The position numbers were made by a program, and so were the translations under genes. A model generated the notes under the pieces. It had not been told where the DNA came from and did not search any database. It was given only the letters and a program-made list of their open reading frames with translations. A DNA stretch of 64,000 nt from Cyanobacteria bacterium J06626_4. Lineage in GTDB: Bacteria; Cyanobacteriota; Cyanobacteriia; Phormidesmidales; Phormidesmidaceae. Shown here one piece after another: positions 45,705 through 55,683 of the stretch (position 1 is the stretch's first letter; each line of letters opens with the position of its first letter). The stretch is taken from positions 53,614 through 117,613 of the forward strand of contig JBCBJQ010000008.1 of assembly GCA_038523235.1 (NCBI GenBank), written 5' to 3'.

Positions 45705-48428
45705 ATGATGAACGTTTGGATGTCGGTGCGGCTGGCAGTGCTGTTGGCGATCTCGGGTGGGGCGGTTGCTTTAGAAACGACTCCAGCAAAAGCTGACGAA
45801 GACACAGCCGCTCAGAGGTCAGTGTTGCCCCCGCTGACCGAGCAGGCAGCAACTATTTCTGACAGTTCTAGCAACGGAGAAGCCGCACAGTCAGCGTCAA
45901 CGACGATGCCTGATATCACGAGCGCTGACGAGCTGCCATCTGCTGAAGTAGCCCCAACCGTGAGCGCTGCGACGACGAATGAGTCAGCGACAGCAACCGT
46001 TGTCAATGTTGCCGACCTCACCTCGGAAACACCTGCTGCTCCGGCAGCGACGACCGTGGCCGACTGGCTGGCCCAAATCGAAGCCTCGCTGACCCAAATC
46101 ACTGGGGTGCAGATTGAGGAAACTGACGCGGGGTTACAGATTGTGCTCGAAACGGCTGAGGGTGAACTGGCCACGCCGACTACCCAAACAGTGGGCAATG
46201 CCCTGATTGCGGACATTCCCAATGCGGTGTTGGCCCTGCCGGAGGGGGACTCGTTTGAGCAGTTTGAGCCAGCAGCAGGCATTGCGCTGGTGCAGGTGAT
46301 GAATGAACCGGGCGGTGGCGGAGCCTCTCCAGCGGAGAATCGCGTGCGGGTGGCGATTACGGGGACGGATGCCCCGCCGGTGGGGGAAGTGACGGCGACG
46401 GGCTTGGCGGTGACATTGGGTGAGGCGATCGCGGGTGCAGAGGATGACGCGATTCAGGTGGTGGTGACGGGGGAAGGGGATGAAGGGTATAACCCGTCGA
46501 GTGCGAGTACGGCAACGCGGACAGATACACCGCTGCGAGATATTCCTCAGTCGATTCAGGTGGTACCGCAGCAGGTGATTGAGGATCGTAATACTGGAAC
46601 TGTCATTGAATCGGTCGAGACTGTAAGCGGTGTAGTGTACAACGGTGGCTTTGCTGATGCGCCCACTGGCAGTGTAATTATTAGGGGATTTAGTCAAGCA
46701 CAACAGTTTCGAAATGGGTTTCGAGATACAGATCGCACTGGGCTAACTGGGATTGGGACAGTGGAAAGTATCGAAGTTCTCAAAGGTCCTGCATCTGTGT
46801 TGTTCGGCACTTTGGAGCCTGGCGGTATTGTTAACGTGATTACTCGGCAGCCACTGAGCGATCCTCAATACCAGCTTTCATTTGAATTAGGTAACCGCTC
46901 TTCCTACCAACCTCGCATCGATCTAACAGGTCCGTTAACAAACGATGATTTGGCACTATATCGCTTAATTGCAAGCTACGAGAGTGCCGATGGCTTTCAG
47001 GAGTTTACCAATCGAGAGATAACCACCTTTGCTCCCACACTCGCTTTCAACATTGGAGAAAATACAGATTTAAGCTTTTACTACGAGTACATAAATTATT
47101 TTGCCGATCCCCCTGAAGACTATTCATTTCTACTTAGCGACGGAAGCCGTCCACCCCGTGACTTTTACGCCGTGTACCCCGACTTATCTTTTAGAGATTT
47201 TACAACCCAGAAATTCGGCTACAGCTTCAACCACAGTTTTAATGAGGATTGGCAGATTCGTAATAACCTTTCTGCAGCTGTTTCAGATGCTGATGACGGA
47301 GTTTTATTTATAGACTCAATCACAGATGATCGTTTTCTAGAATTCTCTGCAAGTGAGCGGGAATTCACTAGAGATAATTATTACGGTAATGTCGAAGTGT
47401 TGGGTGAATTTGAGACAGGAACAGTCTCACACCAGTTGCTGTTGGGTGTTGATGGGAATTGGGCCGAAGATAGCTTTGCATTTTCTACTGGAAATGTTCC
47501 CACTCTAGACATTCAGAATCCGAACTATAGCGTTGCTACGCCTGTATATACACCGGCCTTTAGAGAGGCTAACTCTGCAGACAGCTATGGTCTTTATTTA
47601 CAAAATCAGATCAGATTTAGCGACAGTGTTCAAATGCTGATAGGTGGGCGCTTTGATTGGATTTCGCAGCGAACCGAAGTAGAAGGTGAAACGCCTCAAG
47701 AGCAAGACGATAGTTCATTCAGCCCGCGCGTGGGGTTAGTTTATCAGCCCAACGATATGGTCTCGTTGTATGCAAGCTACAGTCAGTCTTTTGTGCCAAC
47801 TTTCGGCTCCAACCCCGGAGGAGAAGCATTTGAGCCAACAGAAGGAACTCAATATGAGATAGGCGCTAAAGCGGATTTCCTTGATGGTAGGTTATCCGCA
47901 ACCTTGGCAGGGTATCAAATTACCCGATCAAACATCACGACTACTGATCCTGACGACCCAAACTTTTCAATTCAAGTGGGTGAACAGCGTAGTCGCGGCG
48001 TAGAGTTGGATATTACAGGTGAAATCTTACCTGGATGGAACTTAGTGGCTTCCTATGCCTACACAGATGCGGTTGTCACAGAAGACAACGACACACCAGA
48101 GGGAAACCGATTAACGAATGTTCCTGAACACCAAGTCAGTCTTTGGACAACCTATGAAATTCAGGAGGGTGACTTGGAAGGATTAGGCTTTGGACTAGGA
48201 CTGTTTTATGTCGGTGAGCGTCAAGGAGATTTAGCAAATTCGTTCGTTCTCGATGACTATTTCAGGACGGATGCAGCACTTTTTTATCGAAGAAATCAGT
48301 TTAATGCAGCTATCAATTTTCGAAATTTGTTTGATATAGATTATTTCCGCGCTTCTGACGGTGGAAATTTGTTCTTGTTTCGGGGGGAACCGTTCACCGT
48401 AACTGCTTCCGTTAGCTGGGAATTTTAA
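45705..48428 (+). CDS. TonB-dependent siderophore receptor (FhuA-like), AMIN domain
   Basis: ATRTDTPLRDIPQSIQV, GPASVLFG, C-terminal VSWEF; start uncertain (45687-45720). Confidence 0.93.
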   Translation: MMNVWMSVRLAVLLAISGGAVALETTPAKADEDTAAQRSVLPPLTEQAATISDSSSNGEAAQSASTTMPDITSADELPSAEVAPTVSAATTNESATATVVNVADLTSETPAAPAATTVADWLAQIEASLTQITGVQIEETDAGLQIVLETAEGELATPTTQTVGNALIADIPNAVLALPEGDSFEQFEPAAGIALVQVMNEPGGGGASPAENRVRVAITGTDAPPVGEVTATGLAVTLGEAIAGAEDDAIQVVVTGEGDEGYNPSSASTATRTDTPLRDIPQSIQVVPQQVIEDRNTGTVIESVETVSGVVYNGGFADAPTGSVIIRGFSQAQQFRNGFRDTDRTGLTGIGTVESIEVLKGPASVLFGTLEPGGIVNVITRQPLSDPQYQLSFELGNRSSYQPRIDLTGPLTNDDLALYRLIASYESADGFQEFTNREITTFAPTLAFNIGENTDLSFYYEYINYFADPPEDYSFLLSDGSRPPRDFYAVYPDLSFRDFTTQKFGYSFNHSFNEDWQIRNNLSAAVSDADDGVLFIDSITDDRFLEFSASEREFTRDNYYGNVEVLGEFETGTVSHQLLLGVDGNWAEDSFAFSTGNVPTLDIQNPNYSVATPVYTPAFREANSADSYGLYLQNQIRFSDSVQMLIGGRFDWISQRTEVEGETPQEQDDSSFSPRVGLVYQPNDMVSLYASYSQSFVPTFGSNPGGEAFEPTEGTQYEIGAKADFLDGRLSATLAGYQITRSNITTTDPDDPNFSIQVGEQRSRGVELDITGEILPGWNLVASYAYTDAVVTEDNDTPEGNRLTNVPEHQVSLWTTYEIQEGDLEGLGFGLGLFYVGERQGDLANSFVLDDYFRTDAALFYRRNQFNAAINFRNLFDIDYFRASDGGNLFLFRGEPFTVTASVSWEF

Positions 48429-48455
48429 TTCAGACTTGCCAAGGAAGTTACAACT

Positions 48456-49463
48456 GTGAAGCGTCAACATGGAATCAGGCAATACTCTAAGAAAGCAATC
48501 ATTTCTTTTTTGATATTGCTTACTTCGGTCTTTGCTGCTATTGCTTGCCATAATCAGATATCGCAGCCAGAGCAACTAGCTGCAGGTCAATCATCTTGCC
48601 ATATAGTTGAGCATTCGATGGGGGAGACATGTGTACCCGATAATCCTCAAAATATTGTGGCCCTCTACACACCTCCATTAGCAAGCCTTTTGGCTGTCGG
48701 AGTTGAGCCAATAGGGATAGCACCGGTAACAGGAATACTAGACGAATTTCCTTTGTACCTTTCTGATAAAGTTCAAGACGTAGAGATAGTCGTCAATATT
48801 AATGAAGAGCCAAACCTAGAAAGACTTCTTCAACTCAAACCCGATTTGATTTTAGGATGGAGCTTTCATTCAGAAATATACCCTCTACTATCTAGGATTG
48901 CTCCAACTTTGCTAAATGAACCTGATAATGGCTCGACTATGTGGAGCGACTGGCAAAGCTACTTCAAGTTTATAGCGAAATCGGTGAATAAAGAGGCTGA
49001 GTCCGAGAAGTTTATAGAGGAATATCAACAGAGCATTCTTAAACTCAAAGCAGATCTTGAAGATCGCTATAGTGACAAGACAATATCCGTTGCACAAATT
49101 AGCGATGACTACGGCATCGAAACCTATGTCAAAAACTCTTTTCCTGGCTCCATCCTTTCTAGCCTAGGACTGAAAAGGCCAGAATCGCAAGATAAGAGTA
49201 TTCAGACTAGAGGCACAGTTGAAGCTATATCTAATGAGCAAATTGATTTAATTGATGGTGATATTCTGTTTGTTCTGACCTTCAATGAGAATGACAACAA
49301 AACACTTGAAAATCTTTTAAGTGGCCCTTTGTGGAGGACACTTAAAGCCGTTCAGCAAGAACAAGTATACTTCGTTGATGGGTGGACTTGGGTTGTGCCC
49401 AATCCATTAGCCGCCCAAGCAATCGTCGAAGATTTACGTGATTATCTACTTGATTCCCCTTAG
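48456..49463 (+). CDS. Siderophore-binding lipoprotein
   Basis: Lipobox AIAC, PNLERLLQLKPDLILG, LSRIAPT. Confidence 0.9.
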   Translation: MKRQHGIRQYSKKAIISFLILLTSVFAAIACHNQISQPEQLAAGQSSCHIVEHSMGETCVPDNPQNIVALYTPPLASLLAVGVEPIGIAPVTGILDEFPLYLSDKVQDVEIVVNINEEPNLERLLQLKPDLILGWSFHSEIYPLLSRIAPTLLNEPDNGSTMWSDWQSYFKFIAKSVNKEAESEKFIEEYQQSILKLKADLEDRYSDKTISVAQISDDYGIETYVKNSFPGSILSSLGLKRPESQDKSIQTRGTVEAISNEQIDLIDGDILFVLTFNENDNKTLENLLSGPLWRTLKAVQQEQVYFVDGWTWVVPNPLAAQAIVEDLRDYLLDSP

Positions 49464-49584
49464 AATTTTTCTTGCCGGCCACACTTGAAAATCTACTGAG
49501 AGTTATCCAGCTGCAAAGTCCAATTAACCTACTCACATCATCTGACTAACTGTTCATTCGTGACATCTAACGAGGCGTCATGTG

Positions 49585-49661
49585 TGCCATCGCAACTAAA
49601 TTTGCTTCACTAGATCTTTGTGGAATTATCCAGGCAATTAAGGACTGTAAAGTGCGATCGC
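49585..49661 (-). pseudogene. Relic of a PIN-domain toxin gene
   Basis: 49613-49639 matches 51276-51302 of the intact PIN gene at 26/27. Confidence 0.6.
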
Positions 49662-49838
49662 AGCCAGCTAACCATCGTCAATTCATTCACTTTCTTAAAC
49701 GCCTGATCTGCTGTCATCAAATTTGCTGAATGATGGAGTGCGATCGTGCTTTGTACAGGCTACGCGATCTCCCCTCTTTGGATTCTTGAAGGCGATCGCT
49801 GATTTCATAACACTGTTTATCTGCATGAATTGAGTCGC

Positions 49839-50309
49839 CTATGAGTTCTCTTCTGATGATGCTAGCCAAAAGTCCTCATTTAACATTGGTTCGATAGAGC
49901 GATCGTACGTCCATGCAGAAGGAAAAGTAATGTGAGGATATTCCTTACGCACATTTTTTAGCGCAATTTTCCAAGCTTTATCAAAACTGAGGTTCCACCG
50001 ACTGCTCAAACTGGGCACTGCATCTAACAAAACCTCTAGCTCTCCCCGCTGAGTTCGAATCGTTCGCTCCCAACCGTTGTAGTCATTCGGCAAGCTCACA
50101 TACAGCCGTTTTAGCAAATGTTCTAACAAGACAATCAGGCGACTAATCAACTCCTTCTTCTGAGAAATGCCCAATGCTTGAACCTCTTCGATCAAATGCT
50201 CAATATCCAAATGGTCAAAGTCTCCGGCCTTTAGCTTTGCAGCCACGTCTTCTGACCACAGCAAAATATCTTGTTCGTAAAGGGAGCTTGAGTTCTGAAT
50301 TTGTGACAC
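49839..50309 (-). CDS. DUF29-family protein
   Basis: LYEQD..LW...LKAGDFDHLDIEHLIEEV..LG.SQK.EL..RL.VLLEHLLK..GWERTIR.QR. Confidence 0.88.
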   Translation of the reverse strand: MSQIQNSSSLYEQDILLWSEDVAAKLKAGDFDHLDIEHLIEEVQALGISQKKELISRLIVLLEHLLKRLYVSLPNDYNGWERTIRTQRGELEVLLDAVPSLSSRWNLSFDKAWKIALKNVRKEYPHITFPSAWTYDRSIEPMLNEDFWLASSEENS

Positions 50310-50635
50310 TAGAAGATCTCCTTGAAGCTATGAATACGCTCTTCCCGTATTTCAGCAACCAACGCAGTGGCGTCCATCTCACTTATAGACCCAGTCTCTA
50401 TGACTAAAATCCCCTGCTTGCGCCGCAAGCGGCTTGATACCTCCGACAAACCGCCCAGCATCTGTTTAGTTTCCCCACCCATCCGTTCCAACCCAGTTTT
50501 TCCATGCCCAGAGGGTTCTGCTTCAGATAGGGGCTGCCGCTGCAATACCTTGAGCAGACCCAGCAGCGCCTGCACTAGCTCATTGGGAGATTGCTCGATC
50601 GCTTGAATCAATTCTTGTTTTGGAGTCATGGCCAT
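50309..50635 (-). CDS. Antitoxin-like protein (DUF2281-like N-terminus)
   Basis: MTPKQELIQAIEQSP resembles MTPKEELIQIIERSP of the antitoxin at 51564; stop overlaps the DUF29 start. Confidence 0.65.
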   Translation of the reverse strand: MAMTPKQELIQAIEQSPNELVQALLGLLKVLQRQPLSEAEPSGHGKTGLERMGGETKQMLGGLSEVSSRLRRKQGILVIETGSISEMDATALVAEIREERIHSFKEIF

Positions 50636-50669
50636 GTCGTTCTCACAAAAGAGGCTCAAACGTTTGCAT

Positions 50670-50951
50670 CTAGTGATGGGAAATCACATGGGCGATCGCC
50701 TCGACACAATACCCCACGCCACCACTGACACACTCGCTAGAGGCTTCGGCGATCGCATGGCTCCCATGACTAACGACCCGACCAACCGCTTGAAGATCGT
50801 CACCATCCGGAACAATGCCCATCTCGTAACAGGTCAAATCCACCTCAGGATCTGGCCTTTGAGACAGCCTTTGCCGATTTCGATAGGCATCAGTGAGAAA
50901 CCAGCCAACTCCCAACGCTGTGAGTGAGCCAACCAGCAGAGTGAGAAACAT
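50670..50951 (-). CDS. Small membrane-anchored hypothetical protein
   Basis: ATG start, one N-terminal hydrophobic segment. Confidence 0.6.
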   Translation of the reverse strand: MFLTLLVGSLTALGVGWFLTDAYRNRQRLSQRPDPEVDLTCYEMGIVPDGDDLQAVGRVVSHGSHAIAEASSECVSGGVGYCVEAIAHVISHH

Positions 50952-51009
50952 TGCGAGTACCTAGCGCAACTTCTAGCCCCAATTGTAGCTTGAGCAAAAC
51001 TTAGGATTT

Positions 51010-51132
51010 ATGGCCACCTCTAAGCCTCCCCTGCTGCGTCTACTCCGCTATGCCAAACCGTTTCAGCCGCAAACTGCCACTGTCATTTTTTGCTCTATCT
51101 CTCGCACTCTGTTCGACCTCGCGACACCTTGA
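51010..51132 (+). pseudogene. Degenerate duplicate of the 5' end of the ABC gene at 51854
   Basis: MATSKPPLLRLLRYAKPFQ...CSISRTLFDLATP*. Confidence 0.85.
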
Positions 51133-51162
51133 TTGATTAGCCGTATCTGTTTCAGTCGCTTG

Positions 51163-51567
51163 TTAATTCTTTTCTCTCAGCGTTTTCACATATGGATAAC
51201 TCAAAATTTTGCGATCCACTGTTGCCAATGCAATATCGTAGCGCCTGGCGATCGCGACTAAAATTCGATCCGCTGGATCTTTGTGGAATTCTCCAGGCAA
51301 TTGCGTACTGGCGATCGCATCAATGGGATTCAAAGATTCAACAGTAATACCAGGATAAGCCTGTGCCATTTCATACCATTCGTCTATTGGTAAAGGCAGA
51401 TTCAACTTTCCCAGACTGGAGTTGACCGCAATTTCCCAAACCGAAATAGCAGACACCAAAATTCCATCGTGTGATTCTTCTACAGCAACTTCAGACTGTG
51501 TTGAACTCGGTAACCGATTGGGATCATGAAGCCACCACAACCAAACATGAGTATCCAACAAAATCAT
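51163..51567 (-). CDS. vapC: PIN-domain (VapC-like) toxin
   Basis: MILLDTHVWLW, VSAISVWEIA, HKDPADRILVA.A, TVD. Confidence 0.92.
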   Translation of the reverse strand: MILLDTHVWLWWLHDPNRLPSSTQSEVAVEESHDGILVSAISVWEIAVNSSLGKLNLPLPIDEWYEMAQAYPGITVESLNPIDAIASTQLPGEFHKDPADRILVAIARRYDIALATVDRKILSYPYVKTLREKN

Positions 51568-51791
51568 TCACTCAGGGCTTCCCATAGTTCTGACATCGGT
51601 TCATCAAAATCCTCGCCAATGACGAGCGGTAACCCTCGAAGCGGATAAGCAGAATTGGAGGCTTGCTTGTTTCGTTGTTGTGCTGCCGCTTGTGGTAACG
51701 GTTGCATCACCTTGAACAGTTTGAGCATTGCCTGAATCAAGTTGTCAGGCGATCGCTCAATGATTTGAATCAGTTCCTCTTTTGGCGTCAT
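51564..51791 (-). CDS. Antitoxin of the PIN toxin
   Basis: Small gene overlapping the toxin start (ATGA); C-terminal LRG....EDFDEP. Confidence 0.8.
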   Translation of the reverse strand: MTPKEELIQIIERSPDNLIQAMLKLFKVMQPLPQAAAQQRNKQASNSAYPLRGLPLVIGEDFDEPMSELWEALSE

Positions 51792-51853
51792 CGTCCTTTG
51801 CTCCAACAGCCTTGCATCCTGCAAAATCCCTCTTTATGCCGTCATCATAACCA

Positions 51854-53662
51854 ATGGTCAACCGCTCTAAGCCTCCCCTACTGCGTCTACTCCGCTACGC
51901 TAAACCCTTCCAATCCCAAATTGCTGCTGCCACTGTCTGCTCCATCTCTCGCACCCTGTTTGACCTCGCGCCTCCTTTCTTGATTGGCGTTGCGGTTGAT
52001 ATCCTCGTTCAGCAAGACGCCTCCGGGCTGGCCCGCCTAGGCATTCAGAGTGTCTCTACTCAACTGCTGGTAGTCTCGGTGCTCACCGTGCTGGCTTGGG
52101 GACTCGAATCGCTCAGTCAATACGGGGGCGATCGCCTCTGGCGTAACCTGGCCCAAACCCTGCAGCACGAACTGCGCGTCGATGCCTATGGTCACCTGCA
52201 GCGGCTAGAGCTGGCCTACTTTGAAGATTGCAGCACCGGCACCCTACTCTCGATTCTCAACGACGACATCAATCAGCTAGAGCACTTTTTAGATACCGGC
52301 GCTCGCGACCTGATCGACTTTTTTACCCGCGTTACTGCCGTTGGCCTCAGCTTTGTGATTTTGGCTCCTGGTATCGCCTGGCTGGCGATGGTACCGATTC
52401 CCTTCATTTTGTGGGGTACCTTCCTATTCCAGCAGCGGCTGGCCCCCCGCTATGGGGAAGTGCGGGAACGCAATGGGGCAATTAGCGATCGCATCGCCAA
52501 CAACATCGCTGGCATTGCCACCATCAAAAGCTTTGCCACCGAAGCCTATGAGCAAGGCCGCGTCGAAACTGAAAGTCATGCCTACCGCCTGAGCAACCGG
52601 CGGGCGATCGCTCTCAGCACGGCGTTTCAGCCGCTGCTGCGATTTCTGATATTGCTGGGCTTTGTCGCCACGCTGTATCTGGGTGGGCGAGCGGTGCTGG
52701 CGGGGCAGCTCAGCGTCGGCACCTACGGTTTTATGGTGTTCATCGTGCAAGATTTGCTCTGGCCCTTTACCGAACTGGGCGAAATTCTCGATGAATATCA
52801 GCGGGCAATGGCCTCCGTGCGACGAGTGATGGGCCTGCGCGATCGCCCCGTCGAAGTATCCACAAATCAGGGGCACGAACGGCCTCAACCGAGCTTAAAG
52901 GGCGCGATCGCCTTTCAGGACATGACCTTTGCTTACCAATCGCGTCACCCAGTAATCCAACAGCTTGCGCTACACATTCCAGCGGGGAAAACCATTGGCA
53001 TTGCCGGGGTGACCGGCTCCGGCAAAAGTACCTTGGTGAAACTCTTGCTGCGATTCTATGCGCCGCAGCAAGGGCAAATCCTTATTGATGGTCAAAACAT
53101 TCAAACCTTTGACCTGGCTACCCTGCGCCGCAGTATCGGCTGGGTGAGCCAAGACGTGTTTTTGTTCCACGGCACCGTGGCGGAAAACATTGTCTACGGC
53201 AGCTTTGGGTCTAGCCAGGAGCAAATCATCCAAGCGGCAAAGTCAGCCGAGGCCCACGGGTTTATCCAACAGTTGCCCCAAGGCTACGACACGATTGTCG
53301 GCGAACGGGGGCAAAAACTCTCCGGCGGGCAGCGGCAGCGGTTGGCGATCGCCCGCGCCATTCTCAAAGACCCGCCGATTCTGGTCTTGGATGAAGCGAC
53401 TTCAGCCGTCGATAACGAAACGGAAGCGGCGATTCAGCGCGCGCTGGCCCAGATTACTCAAGGTCGGACGACGATCGCGATCGCCCATCGCCTCTCCACC
53501 ATTCGTCAGGCGGACTGCATCTATGTGATGGATAAAGGGCAACTGGTCGAGTCTGGCACCCACGACCAACTGCTGCTCCATGCCGGCGTCTATGCCCAGC
53601 TCTGGCAGGTGCAATCGGGTGATTGGGTGCCTTTGGCAGATACTCGTACCTCAGCCATTTGA
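51854..53662 (+). CDS. ABC half-transporter (MsbA/MdlB-like TMD-NBD)
   Basis: GVTGSGKST, LSGGQRQR, VLDEATSAVD, IAHRLST. Confidence 0.93.
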   Translation: MVNRSKPPLLRLLRYAKPFQSQIAAATVCSISRTLFDLAPPFLIGVAVDILVQQDASGLARLGIQSVSTQLLVVSVLTVLAWGLESLSQYGGDRLWRNLAQTLQHELRVDAYGHLQRLELAYFEDCSTGTLLSILNDDINQLEHFLDTGARDLIDFFTRVTAVGLSFVILAPGIAWLAMVPIPFILWGTFLFQQRLAPRYGEVRERNGAISDRIANNIAGIATIKSFATEAYEQGRVETESHAYRLSNRRAIALSTAFQPLLRFLILLGFVATLYLGGRAVLAGQLSVGTYGFMVFIVQDLLWPFTELGEILDEYQRAMASVRRVMGLRDRPVEVSTNQGHERPQPSLKGAIAFQDMTFAYQSRHPVIQQLALHIPAGKTIGIAGVTGSGKSTLVKLLLRFYAPQQGQILIDGQNIQTFDLATLRRSIGWVSQDVFLFHGTVAENIVYGSFGSSQEQIIQAAKSAEAHGFIQQLPQGYDTIVGERGQKLSGGQRQRLAIARAILKDPPILVLDEATSAVDNETEAAIQRALAQITQGRTTIAIAHRLSTIRQADCIYVMDKGQLVESGTHDQLLLHAGVYAQLWQVQSGDWVPLADTRTSAI

Positions 53663-53857
53663 TGACTATGGGATGGCGCGCCGTCGTCAGGTTTTGACAC
53701 CTTTAATCGCCGAATCGCTGGCGGCAAACCCCTTCCCGGCACCTTGAACCTACCCTCTGCTATATCCAGTCAACGCCACTTCCTTGTCCTGGAGCAACGC
53801 ATATAGGACGTCGCTGCAAAAACGCCACCCACATTGAGACTGGGCAAGATGACAAAG

Positions 53858-54223
53858 CTATATATTCTGTCCAAAGCGCCATAAAACCCCGCTAGGATCA
53901 TGCAAGACAAAATCCCACATGCCCCAAGGTTGTTTGACAATGGCGGTTACAGTTACCCCATATTTTTCAGTTACTCCAGATGACGTGACTTGGTCATGCC
54001 ATGCATGGATGTCTTCCACCAGCACATGCATCATAAAATTATTGGCATGGTGAGGCTCGTAGAAATCTTGCAGCAAAAAACTACACTTGCCATCGTGAAA
54101 ATAGGCCGTCCCCTGAGTGTCGGATGCCATCGTAAATCCTAAATCTTGGTAGAAGTTTTTCGACAGGGCAAAGTCTTTGGCCGGTACGAAGGCCTTGATT
54201 TCGATGAGGTTTAAATTTTTCAT
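53858..54223 (-). CDS. VOC/glyoxalase-family protein
   Basis: FVPAKDFALSKNFYQDLGF...QPWGMWDFVLHDPSGVLWRF. Confidence 0.88.
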   Translation of the reverse strand: MKNLNLIEIKAFVPAKDFALSKNFYQDLGFTMASDTQGTAYFHDGKCSFLLQDFYEPHHANNFMMHVLVEDIHAWHDQVTSSGVTEKYGVTVTAIVKQPWGMWDFVLHDPSGVLWRFGQNI

Positions 54224-54353
54224 GATCGGCTCCTAGATATTTGGTCAATTCAGCTAGGCAGCTATGCCGTCAAACAAAGTCATCTAAAAAAAAGAGCAGT
54301 CAATTGAGCTTGACTGCTCTACTACGGAGCGGAACAACGTCTGAGCAGGCTCA

Positions 54354-54755
54354 CTACTGTAGGGCAGCCCACTCATCTGAATTGAGATTAGCGACGAGCT
54401 CAAACCCTTGACCATTCGGCCTCGCCACGTAAGCCACACCTTGCGGCTCCAGATCGATACCGGTGACGGCAGCAAACACCGCGTCATGGCCAATGAGCAC
54501 CGTGTTTTGGCCCTCCGCTGGCATCGCCGAGAGCAGCGGCGTGATATTGGCTCGCATAGTCTCCATTTGCTCTGGCATATATTTCTCTGCCGGCTCAACG
54601 TTAAGAGCTGATGGTTTTTCGTAGCGGCCAAAGGCTAAATCAGCCGTATTGCAGGTGCGACAATCCTCGCTGGTAATCACATCACCCACGGGTATCGCTA
54701 AGGTCTCAAACGACTCCCCCATTAGAGCGGCATCGGCTTTACCCGCACTGCTTCA
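54354..54755 (-). pseudogene. 5'-truncated histidine phosphatase-family gene
   Basis: VITSEDCRTCNTA.LAFG, NTVLIGH; the N-terminal RHG/RHA motif is missing. Confidence 0.65.
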
Positions 54756-54875
54756 GACTAGCTTTAACGAGAAATGGTGTCAATAAAAAGCCTCGCTGAA
54801 GTCATGAAAGCATTGAAAGTCAGCAAAAAAACAACGCTGCATTGAGCGATGATTGCATTTTTGCTGATCTTCAAA

Positions 54876-54894
54876 ATTGAGAACTGTTCTCGCT
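54876..54894. promoter_or_regulatory. Fur-like box
   Basis: ATTGAGAACTGTTCTCGCT. Confidence 0.6.
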
Positions 54895-54906
54895 AGATCT
54901 CTGGCG

Positions 54907-55560
54907 TTACTCAACCCACTGGCGCATCAGGTTGGCCAGGCTTTTAGAGAGCAGATCAAATTCATTGGTCTTGCCCGATTGGGTATAAAGCGATCGCCGC
55001 ACCGTATCGAGGTCAAACAGCAGCTCTCGCTTGGCGGCGTCGCGAATCCAGCTCTGCACCCAGCCCACCGCTACCAGGCGAGTGCCTTGAGTGACCGGCT
55101 CGACGCGATGCAGGGTCGATGACGGATAGATGATCGCCGTTCCGGCGGCTAGCTTGTAGGACTGTTCATCAGCCGCCCCTTCAACCACCAGTTCGCCCCC
55201 GTTATAGTCCTGCGGTTCAGAGAGAAACACTGTAAACGACACGTCAGAGCGCTGATTTCCCATCAGCGCATTATCCACATGGCGACCGTACTCCATGCCG
55301 ACACCATACCGACTCAACAAGAGCGAATGCACCTGCTTGGGGCGAACGGCAGCCTGAAATAGGGGATGTCGTGTCAAAGTCTGGCGAATCAGCTCGCGTA
55401 CGTCTTTGGCCTCGGTGCCTTTGATTTGCTGGTTGTGTTTGACCTGTTTGGCATACCAACCCGCTGTCAGTTTGCCATCGATAAATTCGGCAGTCGCCAA
55501 CGTGGTCTGCACTTGGGACAGTTCATCGGCAGACAAGACATCCGGAATTTGAAAGATCAT
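54907..55560 (-). CDS. piuC: PKHD-type Fe(II)/2-oxoglutarate dioxygenase (PiuC/YbiX)
   Basis: DGKLTAG..AKQVKHNQQ, YGRHVDNA, RSDVSFTVFL, YNGGEL, LHRVEPVT.G.R..W.QS. Confidence 0.9.
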   Translation of the reverse strand: MIFQIPDVLSADELSQVQTTLATAEFIDGKLTAGWYAKQVKHNQQIKGTEAKDVRELIRQTLTRHPLFQAAVRPKQVHSLLLSRYGVGMEYGRHVDNALMGNQRSDVSFTVFLSEPQDYNGGELVVEGAADEQSYKLAAGTAIIYPSSTLHRVEPVTQGTRLVAVGWVQSWIRDAAKRELLFDLDTVRRSLYTQSGKTNEFDLLSKSLANLMRQWVE

Positions 55561-55683
55561 GGCCTATCGGGGGCAGGTGGGCTTAGGGCAGGGGAGAGGG
55601 TATCGGTAAGGGGGGCCGGAGACAAGGTTGCCGGGGGAAGGTTCAGGGTTTAGGGGGGAAGGTTCAGGGTTCAGGGCTGGGCT

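Noticed and set aside
49803..49832. Possible dif/Xer-like site beside the toxin-antitoxin genes
   Set aside because: Weak match to known dif arms and no clear partner site
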